From an uncultured delta proteobacterium (GTDB lineage: Bacteria; Myxococcota_A; Polyangia; Fen-1088), in the NCBI GenBank assembly GCA_963755125.1, contig CAVWIP010000008.1, forward strand, positions 320,001 to 384,000: DNA of 64,000 nt, read 5' to 3'. Positions 1 to 9,321 of this stretch are shown here, piece by piece. Under the pieces are notes generated by a model. The model had not been told where the DNA came from. It did no database searches and worked only from the letters and a program-made list of their open reading frames with translations. The translations under genes were made by a program, and so were the position numbers. The stretch's first letter is position 1. Each line of letters begins with the position of its first letter.

Positions 1-1
1 G

Positions 2-3000
2 GTGGGCGTGGCACTGCGGGCGGCGGCCTTGGTCGAGGACAAGGTCAAGGACCGCGTGCGTGCCTTCCGCGCCTACCTGAATGCGTTCCGTCTGGCGCCC
101 GAGGATGGAGAGATCGTGGCCAACCTCTGGCGGCTGGGGTTTCTCATCGGCCGCTATGAGGACCTGGGACCGGTAGGGGTTTCTGCCACTGTCCGCGCAG
201 AGAGCAACGCCCTGCCGCCCGAGAGCGAGAGCGCTGATGTCGACTTGCTGACGCCCGCGCCGCTGGCAGTCGGCCAGGCCGCAGCGCCGCAGCTGGAATT
301 CGACGAAGTGACGGGCGAGATCGACATCGGCGAAGTGGATCTGGTTGACCCGGCGGATTTGCCCGAGCCAGCTACCGCAGCCGGCGCGCCAGCCGCCACC
401 GGCTTCGAGACGCCGTGGCAGGAATGGGTGCAAGCCTATGAGTTGCTGCCTGCCGATCTCATCACCCGACATCACTACCTGAAGCAGCAAGCCGACATTT
501 GGGAGCGGGGCGCCCACAACAGCGATCTGGCGCTGGCCACGCTGGAGCGAGCTTTCGTCCTGAAGACGACGGACGAATCGGTGCGGGCCGAGATGGAGCG
601 CTTGGCGCGCGAGGGTGACCGTTGGGATCACGTGTGCGAGATCTACCAACGCGCGGCGGAGCGAGAGGGGCGGGCCGAGGCCGTGGCACTGCACCTTCGG
701 GTGGGACAGATCCGCGAAGAGCTGGGACAGATTGCGCTCGCCGAGGAGCGCTACCGCAAGGTGATCGTGCTGGAGACCGACAACCCCGTCGCGGTGGATC
801 GGCTTGAACAGATTTACCGAGGGCAAGAGCGCTGGGCTGACCTGGCGCAGGTGCTGGAACGTCGTATCACCGTGCCGGGTGGACGCTTGGAAGGCGCAGA
901 GGCGCGCAAACGAGCCTTCGAACTGGCCGAGCTATACGAAAAGCGGCTGGAACGGCCCTACGAAGCGGTGGACACGCTCGAACGTTACGTGGCAAGCGCC
1001 GAGGAAGAGGAGCGCGGACTGGCGGCGGGCGACCCACACGCGTCGGTTCTGGCGCTGGAGGCGCGCGCCGGCTACGCGTCGCTGGCGCGCCTTTATGGTC
1101 GGGTGGGCATGGCGCAGAAGGCGGCCTCGGCGCTGCAGCGCGAGTTGGAGTTGACGGGTGAGGGAGAAGACGCACGCGGGGCGCGCTGGCACCTGGCCGA
1201 GATCTACGAACGTGAGCTGTCGCTGCCCGCACGGGCGGTGGACATGTACGAGGACATCCTGAAGCGAGCGCCGCAGGACGCCGAGGCCCTGGCCGCACTG
1301 GACCGCCTGCAACAGGCCATGGGTCGCTTCGAAGCCTTGGCCGAGGTGCTGCGCCGGCGCGCCGAGATCAGCGAGGGCACGGAGAAGAGCGAGCTGGTGT
1401 GGCGGCGCGCGCGCATCCTGGAAGAGAAGCTGGGCAATCCGGAGGCCGCGGCGGCCTGCCTGCGCGACCTGGGCTCCGACGCGCTCTCCGACGAGCGGAC
1501 CGCGGCGGCGCTCTTGCGCAACCTGCGCAACGCGGGTTTGGCCCATGAGGCCTTGCGCATCCTCGAGCAGCGCATCGGCGTGATGAGCAAGGCTGGTGGC
1601 GACCCCAAGCTGATTGCAGCCCTGAACCTCGAGATGGCCCAGCTGAAGTCAGACGACCTGTCGGACCCCAAGGGAGCCCAGCAAGCCATCGAGGCGGCCT
1701 TCGCCCTGCAGCCGGAAGACCCGGCGGTGCTCGCCGCGCTGGCGCGCTTCCACCTCAAACACAACGATTTCCAGTCCTACGCGGCGGTTCTCTTGCGCCG
1801 GGCCGATGCGCTGGCGGGCCAGCCCGAACAGGCCGCGGCGCTGCTGGAGGCGGGCGCCGTGTTCCGCGATCAGCTCGGCCAGATGGCCGAGGCGCGGGCC
1901 TGCTTCGAGAAGGCGGTCGCCCTGCATCCTTCAAATCCCGAGGTGCTGGCGGCGCTGGCGGCCATGCTGGCCGGCGAGGGCCGCATCGACGAGGCCACGG
2001 CCCTTTACGAACGACAGCTCAGTCTGAGTGATTCGCCTTCGGCCAAGGCCGCGGTGCTGACCAACTTGGCCCGCGCGCTGTGCGAGAAGCCCGACGGCCT
2101 CACCGAAGCCGAGCGCCGGCTCGACGAGGCGCTGGACCTGGACCCCAATCACCTGCCGGCCGTGGTCACCATGGCCGACATCCTGTACCGCGAGGAGCAG
2201 TGGGATCGGGCCGAGCGCAGATTGAACGAGGCGCTCCGGCGCATGCGGGGTCAGCCCGAGCAGGCGGCCAAGCTCTATCATCGGCTGGGCGAGGTCTATG
2301 AAAAGCTGGGACGCCTTGACGAAGGCTACCGGCAACTGGTGGAGGCCGACAAGGCTCTGCCTGGACAGCTTATGCTGCGAATTGCCCTGGGCGAAAACCG
2401 CTTCCAGGCACGCCGCTGGCGGGACGCGGCCGCTCACCTGGACGGAATCGCGGATCATGCAGCCGCGCCCAACTACCCCGAGGAAGTGGCGTTGGCACTG
2501 GCCCACGGCGCGATGGCCGAGCTGCGACAGAAACGGCCCGAGCGCGCAGCAAGCCTGCACGAGGCCGCGCTCCGCCTGTCTCCCAGTCATCCACAGACCC
2601 TGCGCGCCCTGGCGGACCTGGCCATCGAGCGTGGCGACAAGCTGGAAGCGGCGCGATCGCTGCGCCTGGTCGCCGAATCTTGTGGCGACCCGGTGGAGCA
2701 ATGCAGGCTGTACGAGCAAATCGGTGATCTGAACCTGGCCTTGGGAAACATGGGAGCGGCCCGCGAGGCCTACGAAGAAGCCGTGGCCCGGATTGAAGTC
2801 GATAGCCAAGATCAGGTGCCGCTGCTCGAAAAATCGCTGGCCGCGCAAAGGGCTGAGGGCGCCACACGTGCCGCCATTGAGACCGCGCGCCGGATCGCGG
2901 ACATCGTGGTCGAGCCCAAGGAGCGGGCCGCGCGCCGACGGGAGATCGCCGGGTTCGAGGTGGAGCAAGGCAACTTCGACCGGGCCGCGGACTTGCTCGA

Positions 3001-4375
3001 GCAGGTGATCGCGGACGATCCGACGGACGAGACGGCCCTGTGGAGCCTGTGCGAGGCATATGAGCGAGCCGGACGCGCGGCTGACGTGGGCGAAACCCTG
3101 CGTCGAGTCCTGCCCCAACTGGCCGAGCCGGCCGCTGACGCGGAACTGGCGCGCAGGCGCGCGGATCTGTGGGCGAAACTGGGCGCCCTGCTGGTGCCGA
3201 CCGATCCGGCGGCCGCGGTGGGCGCTCTGCAGGCGGCGATCGCGGCTGACACTCATCGCGTAGAGGCACGCTTGGCTCTCGCAGAGATCTACGGCGCGCG
3301 TCCCGAGCACCGAGAGATGGCTATCGAGAACCACAAGGCCATCCTGGTCTTCGATCCCATCCGACAGGAATCCTTGCACGCACTGGCGGCGGACCACATC
3401 CACCTCGGACACGTCGATCGGGCGCGCTGCCTGCTGGAGATTCTGGAAGTGTTCGGCCTTGCCACCGACGAGGACGAGGATTTCCTGGCGCAAAATCCGG
3501 CGCCTGAACGCAAACCCGACGATCCCTACGGGGGAAGCCTGGAGGACGGCGGACGAGGCCAGTATCTGGATCCGCTGCATGACTTGCGCTTCATGTCCGA
3601 GGTGCTGGCGGCGGTGTGGGAGGGCGCGCCCGGACTTTCGCAGGCCAACCTGGACAGCTTCGGCGTGACTGCCAAGGACAAGGTTTCAACTGTGGCGGAC
3701 CTGGCCATCGCCAAGATCTGGGGACAAGCTGGAAAAGCCCTGGGCAACCGGCGCACCAGTCTCTACCTGCGGCCGGATGCAGATTTCGACGGAGTCAGCC
3801 TGGTTGGCGTGGCGCCACCGGCGATCGTGGTTGGGCCGCGTCTGGCCGACGAAGCCGCGGTCGACGAGTTGCGCTTCCGCATCGGCCGCGCGCTCGAAAT
3901 GGGCCGGCCCGAGTACTTGCTCGCGGCCACGCTACCGGCGCCGGAGTTCGACACCTTGTTCATGGGTGTGCTCAAGGCCTTCCACCCCAAGCACGCGCGT
4001 TTCCGTGCCGGCAGCGAAGACGCCGAGGCGGAGCAGGCCGCCAAGTTGAAGAAGGCGCTGCCCTACAAGATCGCGAAGCGAGTGGGCGAGCTGTTTCAGG
4101 AACATGCCGAGGTCGCGCTCGATCCGTCCCGCTGGCGGGAGGGGGTGCGCGAGGCGGGAAACCGCGCCGGGCTTCTCATGTGCGGAGTCGCCAGGGCGGC
4201 AGTTCATATCGTCGGGCACGAGTCGATTCCCGGGGCTGCGGACGCGCCGGCTCCGGAAACCCTGCGCGAGCATGCCGGACGGCCCGGCCCGCTGCGGGAA
4301 CTGCTTCGCTTCGCCGTCAGCGACGCGTATCTCAACGCCCGCGACCTCCTTGGACTGGGACGTCCGGCGGCGTAG
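2..4375 (+). CDS. Large TPR-repeat protein (AgmK-like gliding-motility family), 5' end outside window
   Basis: 1457-aa open frame of continuous TPR-like helical repeats (e.g. AEARACFEKAVALHPSNPEVLAALA); resembles myxobacterial AgmK-type giants. Confidence 0.75.
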   Translation: MGVALRAAALVEDKVKDRVRAFRAYLNAFRLAPEDGEIVANLWRLGFLIGRYEDLGPVGVSATVRAESNALPPESESADVDLLTPAPLAVGQAAAPQLEFDEVTGEIDIGEVDLVDPADLPEPATAAGAPAATGFETPWQEWVQAYELLPADLITRHHYLKQQADIWERGAHNSDLALATLERAFVLKTTDESVRAEMERLAREGDRWDHVCEIYQRAAEREGRAEAVALHLRVGQIREELGQIALAEERYRKVIVLETDNPVAVDRLEQIYRGQERWADLAQVLERRITVPGGRLEGAEARKRAFELAELYEKRLERPYEAVDTLERYVASAEEEERGLAAGDPHASVLALEARAGYASLARLYGRVGMAQKAASALQRELELTGEGEDARGARWHLAEIYERELSLPARAVDMYEDILKRAPQDAEALAALDRLQQAMGRFEALAEVLRRRAEISEGTEKSELVWRRARILEEKLGNPEAAAACLRDLGSDALSDERTAAALLRNLRNAGLAHEALRILEQRIGVMSKAGGDPKLIAALNLEMAQLKSDDLSDPKGAQQAIEAAFALQPEDPAVLAALARFHLKHNDFQSYAAVLLRRADALAGQPEQAAALLEAGAVFRDQLGQMAEARACFEKAVALHPSNPEVLAALAAMLAGEGRIDEATALYERQLSLSDSPSAKAAVLTNLARALCEKPDGLTEAERRLDEALDLDPNHLPAVVTMADILYREEQWDRAERRLNEALRRMRGQPEQAAKLYHRLGEVYEKLGRLDEGYRQLVEADKALPGQLMLRIALGENRFQARRWRDAAAHLDGIADHAAAPNYPEEVALALAHGAMAELRQKRPERAASLHEAALRLSPSHPQTLRALADLAIERGDKLEAARSLRLVAESCGDPVEQCRLYEQIGDLNLALGNMGAAREAYEEAVARIEVDSQDQVPLLEKSLAAQRAEGATRAAIETARRIADIVVEPKERAARRREIAGFEVEQGNFDRAADLLEQVIADDPTDETALWSLCEAYERAGRAADVGETLRRVLPQLAEPAADAELARRRADLWAKLGALLVPTDPAAAVGALQAAIAADTHRVEARLALAEIYGARPEHREMAIENHKAILVFDPIRQESLHALAADHIHLGHVDRARCLLEILEVFGLATDEDEDFLAQNPAPERKPDDPYGGSLEDGGRGQYLDPLHDLRFMSEVLAAVWEGAPGLSQANLDSFGVTAKDKVSTVADLAIAKIWGQAGKALGNRRTSLYLRPDADFDGVSLVGVAPPAIVVGPRLADEAAVDELRFRIGRALEMGRPEYLLAATLPAPEFDTLFMGVLKAFHPKHARFRAGSEDAEAEQAAKLKKALPYKIAKRVGELFQEHAEVALDPSRWREGVREAGNRAGLLMCGVARAAVHIVGHESIPGAADAPAPETLREHAGRPGPLRELLRFAVSDAYLNARDLLGLGRPAA

Positions 4376-4391
4376 TCGCGTGGGCATTGCA

Positions 4392-4420
4392 TTGACACCG
4401 ACGCTCGGCCTTACTATAAG
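4392..4420 (+). promoter_or_regulatory. sigma70-like promoter for tRNA-Leu
   Basis: TTGACA (4392-4397), 17-bp spacer, TATAAG (4415-4420), ~20 bp before the tRNA. Confidence 0.65.
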
Positions 4421-4439
4421 CGGCCACTCTGGCTTCCCC

Positions 4440-4523
4440 GCGAGGATGGCGGAACTTGGTAGACGCACTAGCTTGAGGTGCTAGCGGTTAACAGCCATGG
4501 GGGTTCAAGTCCCCCTCCTCGCA
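4440..4523 (+). tRNA. tRNA-Leu(GAG), integration target
   Basis: GCGAGGA/TCCTCGC acceptor stem, D-loop TTGGTA, anticodon stem CTAGC-TTGAGGT-GCTAG, long variable arm, GGGGG-TTCAAGT-CCCCC T arm; no encoded CCA. Confidence 0.97.
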
Positions 4524-5730
4524 CAGGACGAATTCCTAAATCATTTCGAGTGGTTCTTGGCCTTCGGTTCTTTTGGGACGCATCGGGATGTCTTTCCGCA
4601 GCAGTGCCTCCACAGCCAGAATGTAGCCAGAATTCCGGCTTCCCAGCCCCCGCAGCGGCCTGGAGGACGTCCTCGGCCGCCGCCTTCTGCGGGCGCATGT
4701 AGCGGGCTGTGGTGGCCGGCTGCTTGTGGCCCGCCAGGTACATCACGCCCGACAGATTGCTCGTCACCTGCCCCAGATGCGTGAGGCGCGAGTGGCGGAA
4801 ATCGTAGTCCGAGATCCGGCCCGCGCGGTAGGCGTCGATGCCCGCCGCGCGCGCCGCCGGCCGCAACAGCGTGCGGAAGTCGTGCCTGCCAAAGATGATC
4901 CCGGCGGCCGGGCAGACCGAATCGAGGGCCTTGCGCGCGTTCACACTCAGGGGAAGCTCGCGGCCATAGCGGCTCTTGTCCGTTTCATCCGTGATCGTCA
5001 GGGCGGCGGCGCCGCGACGGTAGTTCTCCGGCACGCTCAGCTTGGCCAGGGTCGCGGGCCGCAGGCTGCTTTCCCACGCCACCCAGAAACGCGCACGAAC
5101 TGGAAACCGCTCTCTCGACCGCTTGCTCGTAGCATGCTCAGGCAGCTTGGCGATGATGCTCTCCATCTCCTCGGCCGTGAACACGAGAAAATTGCGTTTG
5201 CGGGACGACTCTTGCACATGGCCCAACACACATCGCCCCGGCGTCTCGATTTCCGGCATCTCGCTCAGGTAGCCGCGCCGGTGCGCCCACTTCGAGAAAC
5301 GGCGCAGGACCGAAAGCTCCTTCTTCAGCGTTTCCCTCGTCACCAGCCGCAGCCGGGACGCGACGTAGTCTTCCGCGCCCACCGTCGTGAGCCGGTCCAT
5401 CGTCCTGAAGAAAGGCGCGAAGTGAGTGGCCATGTAGATGTCCCGGTAGAGCGCGAACGTGCGCGGATCGATGCTGGGCTCGATGTCAGCGAACCAGAGC
5501 GCCGTCACTTCGTTGAACGGCTTGCCTGGCTGGGCACCCAGCGCCTTGCCGGGGGACCACCGGCCGGAGACAACATCAGCGTAGATCCGGGCTGCTTCGC
5601 TCGCCGCAGGGACAGGATCTCGCTCGCCCGTGGTGAAGGAGCGGCGTCGACCCTCGTGGGTGAACCGGACCTGGAAGACGTGCGAGCGGGGGTCCTGAAA
5701 GAGCTGCCAACCTTCTGCTGTGCGAGCCAT
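4468..5730 (-). CDS. Tyrosine integrase (Int1); 3' end runs antisense into the tRNA
   Basis: Catalytic motifs SLRP, YDFRHSR, LAGH..TTARY. Confidence 0.92.
   Translation of the reverse strand: MARTAEGWQLFQDPRSHVFQVRFTHEGRRRSFTTGERDPVPAASEAARIYADVVSGRWSPGKALGAQPGKPFNEVTALWFADIEPSIDPRTFALYRDIYMATHFAPFFRTMDRLTTVGAEDYVASRLRLVTRETLKKELSVLRRFSKWAHRRGYLSEMPEIETPGRCVLGHVQESSRKRNFLVFTAEEMESIIAKLPEHATSKRSRERFPVRARFWVAWESSLRPATLAKLSVPENYRRGAAALTITDETDKSRYGRELPLSVNARKALDSVCPAAGIIFGRHDFRTLLRPAARAAGIDAYRAGRISDYDFRHSRLTHLGQVTSNLSGVMYLAGHKQPATTARYMRPQKAAAEDVLQAAAGAGKPEFWLHSGCGGTAAERHPDASQKNRRPRTTRNDLGIRPVRGGGLEPPWLLTASTSS
4473..4524 (+). repeat. att core copy 1 (52 bp, tRNA 3' half)
   Basis: TTGAGGTGCTAGC...CCTCCTCGCAC, identical to 48175-48226 and to the reverse complement of 59093-59144. 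Confidence 0.95.
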
Positions 5731-6353
5731 GGTCCGACGTCCTCCTGGTGAGAGCGTACCTGCCCTCTTCTGCGTCGGCTACTGGTGATTCACTCTCCTG
5801 GCAAGGACGGCACCAATCTCCCGGCCGCTCCTGGTGGTATCCCTCGGACACAAATCGTCCCACCCGGTGGGCGCGTTCGCGTGAGCACACCGTCAATCTC
5901 ACATTCCGCCCAGGACCGGCCCCCGACGGCGCCCGGATGACAGGCCAGCAGAGGACACCGGAGCCAGACCACCATGGCTCCCCAGTCACGCCGCAACGTG
6001 CGTGGCAACAAGGCCACAACGATTACCCTCGCTTGCAATCTAACAGGTAGGGGCGGGACGGGACATTGAGGAGGTTGTAGGCTTCGCTGCCCACTACCAA
6101 ATGAAGGTTCGGCCCATCTCCCCGAGCGAGTTCCAGCGGAGCCGGGATGCAAAGGCGGGGTGCTGCTGCTTGGATGGGGCCGATCTGGGGGGCAAGCGCC
6201 TGGCCAGTGCAAGCGTGGCATCTCGTATCGGCTGGGTTGGGCGAGGGTAATTTCGAGGCATACCTCTCCCCCTTTGTTGTCCCTAGCTACAGCGAGGGAG
6301 CCGAGCAGCGCCAGTATGTCGAGCCGCCCTTTGGCCGGCGCTCGCCGCCGAGG

Positions 6354-7601
6354 CTAGTCCTCATATAGCTCCGCACTCGCGAGAGCTGCGGTGCTACTGT
6401 TCCCGCCAGCGACTAGCGCCTGCCCGCTCCCCAGCAAGGTCACTGTGTGGCCCCACCTTGGAACAGCCATGCTGCCGGTAGCCGTGAATATCCCGGTCGT
6501 CGGGTCGTACAGCTCCGCGCTCGCGAGAGCCAGCAGGTTGTAGTCGAATCCGCCGACGAGGAGCACTTTGCCGTTGCCCAACGGGGTGGCCGAGTGGTCA
6601 GACCTTGGCATAGCCATGTTGCCGGTAGCCGTGAATGTCCCGGCGCTTAGGTCGAATAGCTCCGCGCTCCCAAGAACGTCGTTTTCTTCGGTGCCCCCGG
6701 CGATGAGTACCATTCCGCTTGGCAGCAACGTCGCTGTATGTGCAACCCTTGCAATGGTCATGGTGCCGGTTGCTGCAAATGTCCCGCTCGCCGGGTCGTA
6801 CAGTTCCGCGCTCGCGATCTCATTGCTGAGTTCGGATGCTCCGCCGGTGATGAGCACCTTCCCGTTGCCCAGCAGCGTGGCAGTGTGGCCTGTTCTCCCC
6901 ATGGTCATGTTGCCCGTTGCCGCAAATGTGCCGGCTGCCGGGTCGTATAGCTCCGCGCTCGGAAGCCCAACGCTGAATTCGGATAGGCCGCCTGCCATGA
7001 GCACCATCCCGCCCGACAGCAATGTCGCCGTGTGCCCTTCCCTCGCCACGGTCATGCTGCCCGTGACGACGAATGTCCCGCTCGCCGGGTCGTATAGCTC
7101 CGCGCTCGCGAAGTAGTTGCCGCCCTCTGATCCTCCACCATCGACTAGCACCATCCCGCCCGACAGCAATGTCGCCGTGTGCCCTTCCCTCGCCACGGTC
7201 ATGCTGCCCGTGACGACGAATGTCCCGCTCGCCGGGTCGTACAGTTCTGCGCTCGCGAGAGTGACGCTATCGTTCCCGCCCCCGACGAGGAGCACCTTCC
7301 CGCTCGGCAACAACGTCGCCGTGTGGCCCACCCTTGCCGCGGTCAGGTCGCCCGTCGCCACAAAAACTCCTTGCCGCGTCGCGGTACTGGTAGTCGCGCC
7401 TCCAAGGGCACCGGCCGCACCTACTCCACCTGTGGCTTCGATGGTGGTACCTCCGCTAGTGACAGTCGTGTTTCCTCCGCCGGTTCCTCCGCCACTGTTC
7501 ATGGCGCCCGCCTTCTCTTCGCCCATCGGCGTCCGCGAGCAGGCAAGCCCGGTCAATGACAACGCCACAGCGATTGCTGGGTATCGGCGCGCACGAATCA
7601 T
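6354..7601 (-). CDS. Kelch-repeat beta-propeller lipoprotein
   Basis: Lipobox (LTGLAC), Gly/Thr linker, seven repeats of R.GHTATLL.SG.VL.AGG...SAELY. Confidence 0.88.
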   Translation of the reverse strand: MIRARRYPAIAVALSLTGLACSRTPMGEEKAGAMNSGGGTGGGNTTVTSGGTTIEATGGVGAAGALGGATTSTATRQGVFVATGDLTAARVGHTATLLPSGKVLLVGGGNDSVTLASAELYDPASGTFVVTGSMTVAREGHTATLLSGGMVLVDGGGSEGGNYFASAELYDPASGTFVVTGSMTVAREGHTATLLSGGMVLMAGGLSEFSVGLPSAELYDPAAGTFAATGNMTMGRTGHTATLLGNGKVLITGGASELSNEIASAELYDPASGTFAATGTMTIARVAHTATLLPSGMVLIAGGTEENDVLGSAELFDLSAGTFTATGNMAMPRSDHSATPLGNGKVLLVGGFDYNLLALASAELYDPTTGIFTATGSMAVPRWGHTVTLLGSGQALVAGGNSSTAALASAELYED

Positions 7602-8031
7602 ATCAGCAACATTATCAGCAAAGTGGTCTTGGGGAAGTCGCGATCCACCTTCCCGAGCGTGGCAACTACTGGAACCAGAGCCGATTCTCGCCCCCCGAGC
7701 CCGCAGATCGGTTCCACCACACACTCCACCATCTCAGGCACCTCCCTGAATCCCAGGCTGCGCTTGGCACCGTCGCCGTCACCGAGCGACATCCAGCGAC
7801 GGATGCCTCTGCGACCAGAACCCAATCAATCCGGCCGAAGTCTTGTCGGAGCAACCCGTCGGCAGTACCCGGCGCCTCCACAACTTAACCAACTGAGATT
7901 ATTCAGCATTTCGGAAATGGCCAAACGAGGTCCCTGAATCAGGTCCCTGGATTTTTGGAGGCTGGTGGCTTCCGGCTGGCGGCCAACCGCTCGTGGTCAG
8001 GGGAAAAAAGGGTGTGGGCCGGCCACTGCCG

Positions 8032-9168
8032 TTAAGATCCGGTGACCTTCGGTACGCATGAATTCGGTTCGCGCAGGCGGCTCCGGTGTTCGTTCTCGCG
8101 AGCGTCGGCGTCGCGTTCTGACTGAAACGCGACATCGTCAGGCACCATGTCTCTAAAAAACGGGGGAAACAGCATGTCTCGTATGCCTGCGTAGTATTCC
8201 GCCATGAACTTGTCCACGGCTGCCCATTGCTTCTCCAGTTCAGCCAACGGAAGAGACGCCGCCAAGCGTTCCCTGAATGACCACGTCTTCTTGCCGCCGA
8301 CAGAATCCGGAGCCGTGCACCTGGCTTGGATGGATGTCCAGAAATACGCTCCGGCTTCATCCACAGGCCCCCCTAGCCCTTGGTGAAGATAGGCGGCGAG
8401 CCTGTCCCAGCTAAGCTGGTCGCCAAGTTCGGCGCCGCGCTGGTAGTAGAGCCTCGCCTTCTTGTGGTTGGGCTTGGGGCCGCCGCAAGACCCTGCATCG
8501 AAAGAATCGGCAAGCTCACGGCACGCCGATGCGTTTGTTCTGCACGCGTCTTCGAGAAGCTGTTGCCGGGCCGCTGGTTCCGAGTCGCCGTAGGGCGCGT
8601 AGCTCAGTCCGCTCCGAATGAGTTCCGCGGTTTCTTGCTCGGCATTGGGATTGCGAAGCACGGCGGCTCGATGAACCCATTCGCCTGATCGGCGCCCGTC
8701 GTGCAGATTCACACCGTAGTAGACGGAGAGTGCCCAGGCGGCCTGGCCGTCACCTTTGGCCGCATCTCCCTCCAGTTGTCTTATGGTCTCATCTGGCCAG
8801 CGTTCGTGGCCAAGCGGGCCTGGAAAAATTTGCCTCCTGGGTGGCGTGCTGGGGTAACCCGATTCCCCCGTCGCAATCGCTGCCGAAGTTGAGGCGCTGC
8901 TGGGAGTGGCAACCGCCCCTCCCGTGGTAACCAGGCCGCCTGCGCCGGTGCCACCACTACCCGCAGTGCCCGTGGTGCTCGGCGTTCTTGGGCGAAGGGG
9001 ATCCGAGCAGCCCCAAAGGACAACGGCGAGGAAGCAGACGACCCCATAGCAGCCGAGCCGTCGTGTCGGGAACAGGAATGACCCCCTGGATTCGACTACC
9101 GGCATCGCACACCTCGCCGACATGATAGCGGAAATCTGGATCGCCAAGCACATCAGCCACCAGGCCAC
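8032..9168 (-). CDS. Sel1-like repeat lipoprotein (start uncertain)
   Basis: VVLWGC lipobox-like; Sel1 motifs KARLYYQRGAELGD and LAAYLHQGLGGPVDEAGAYFW. Confidence 0.75.
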   Translation of the reverse strand: MAWWLMCLAIQISAIMSARCAMPVVESRGSFLFPTRRLGCYGVVCFLAVVLWGCSDPLRPRTPSTTGTAGSGGTGAGGLVTTGGAVATPSSASTSAAIATGESGYPSTPPRRQIFPGPLGHERWPDETIRQLEGDAAKGDGQAAWALSVYYGVNLHDGRRSGEWVHRAAVLRNPNAEQETAELIRSGLSYAPYGDSEPAARQQLLEDACRTNASACRELADSFDAGSCGGPKPNHKKARLYYQRGAELGDQLSWDRLAAYLHQGLGGPVDEAGAYFWTSIQARCTAPDSVGGKKTWSFRERLAASLPLAELEKQWAAVDKFMAEYYAGIRDMLFPPFFRDMVPDDVAFQSERDADARENEHRSRLREPNSCVPKVTGS

Positions 9169-9267
9169 GCAGCCGCATCCCTCACCGCCCGCCCTCCCCG
9201 CCTCCCAGCCGCAGCCATCGGGCCTCGACTAGGGCTGCGGTCGCGCTCTGGGCGACGTGGGTGTAGC
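9154..9267. repeat. 114-bp direct repeat copy 1 (integrase 3'-end remnant)
   Basis: Near-identical to 10761-10874; minus strand reads YTHVAQSATAALVEARWLRLGGGEGGR*. Confidence 0.9.
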
Positions 9268-9321
9268 ATCGCCTGCGGGGGAAAACTGTAGTGCCCAAAG
9301 CCTTGACACCAGGATAGGCAA

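Noticed and set aside
1931..3580. Long antisense ORFs (also 30369-31967, 44999-46492, 34989-36308)
   Set aside because: Shadow frames of real genes in GC-rich DNA, with no recognisable motifs.
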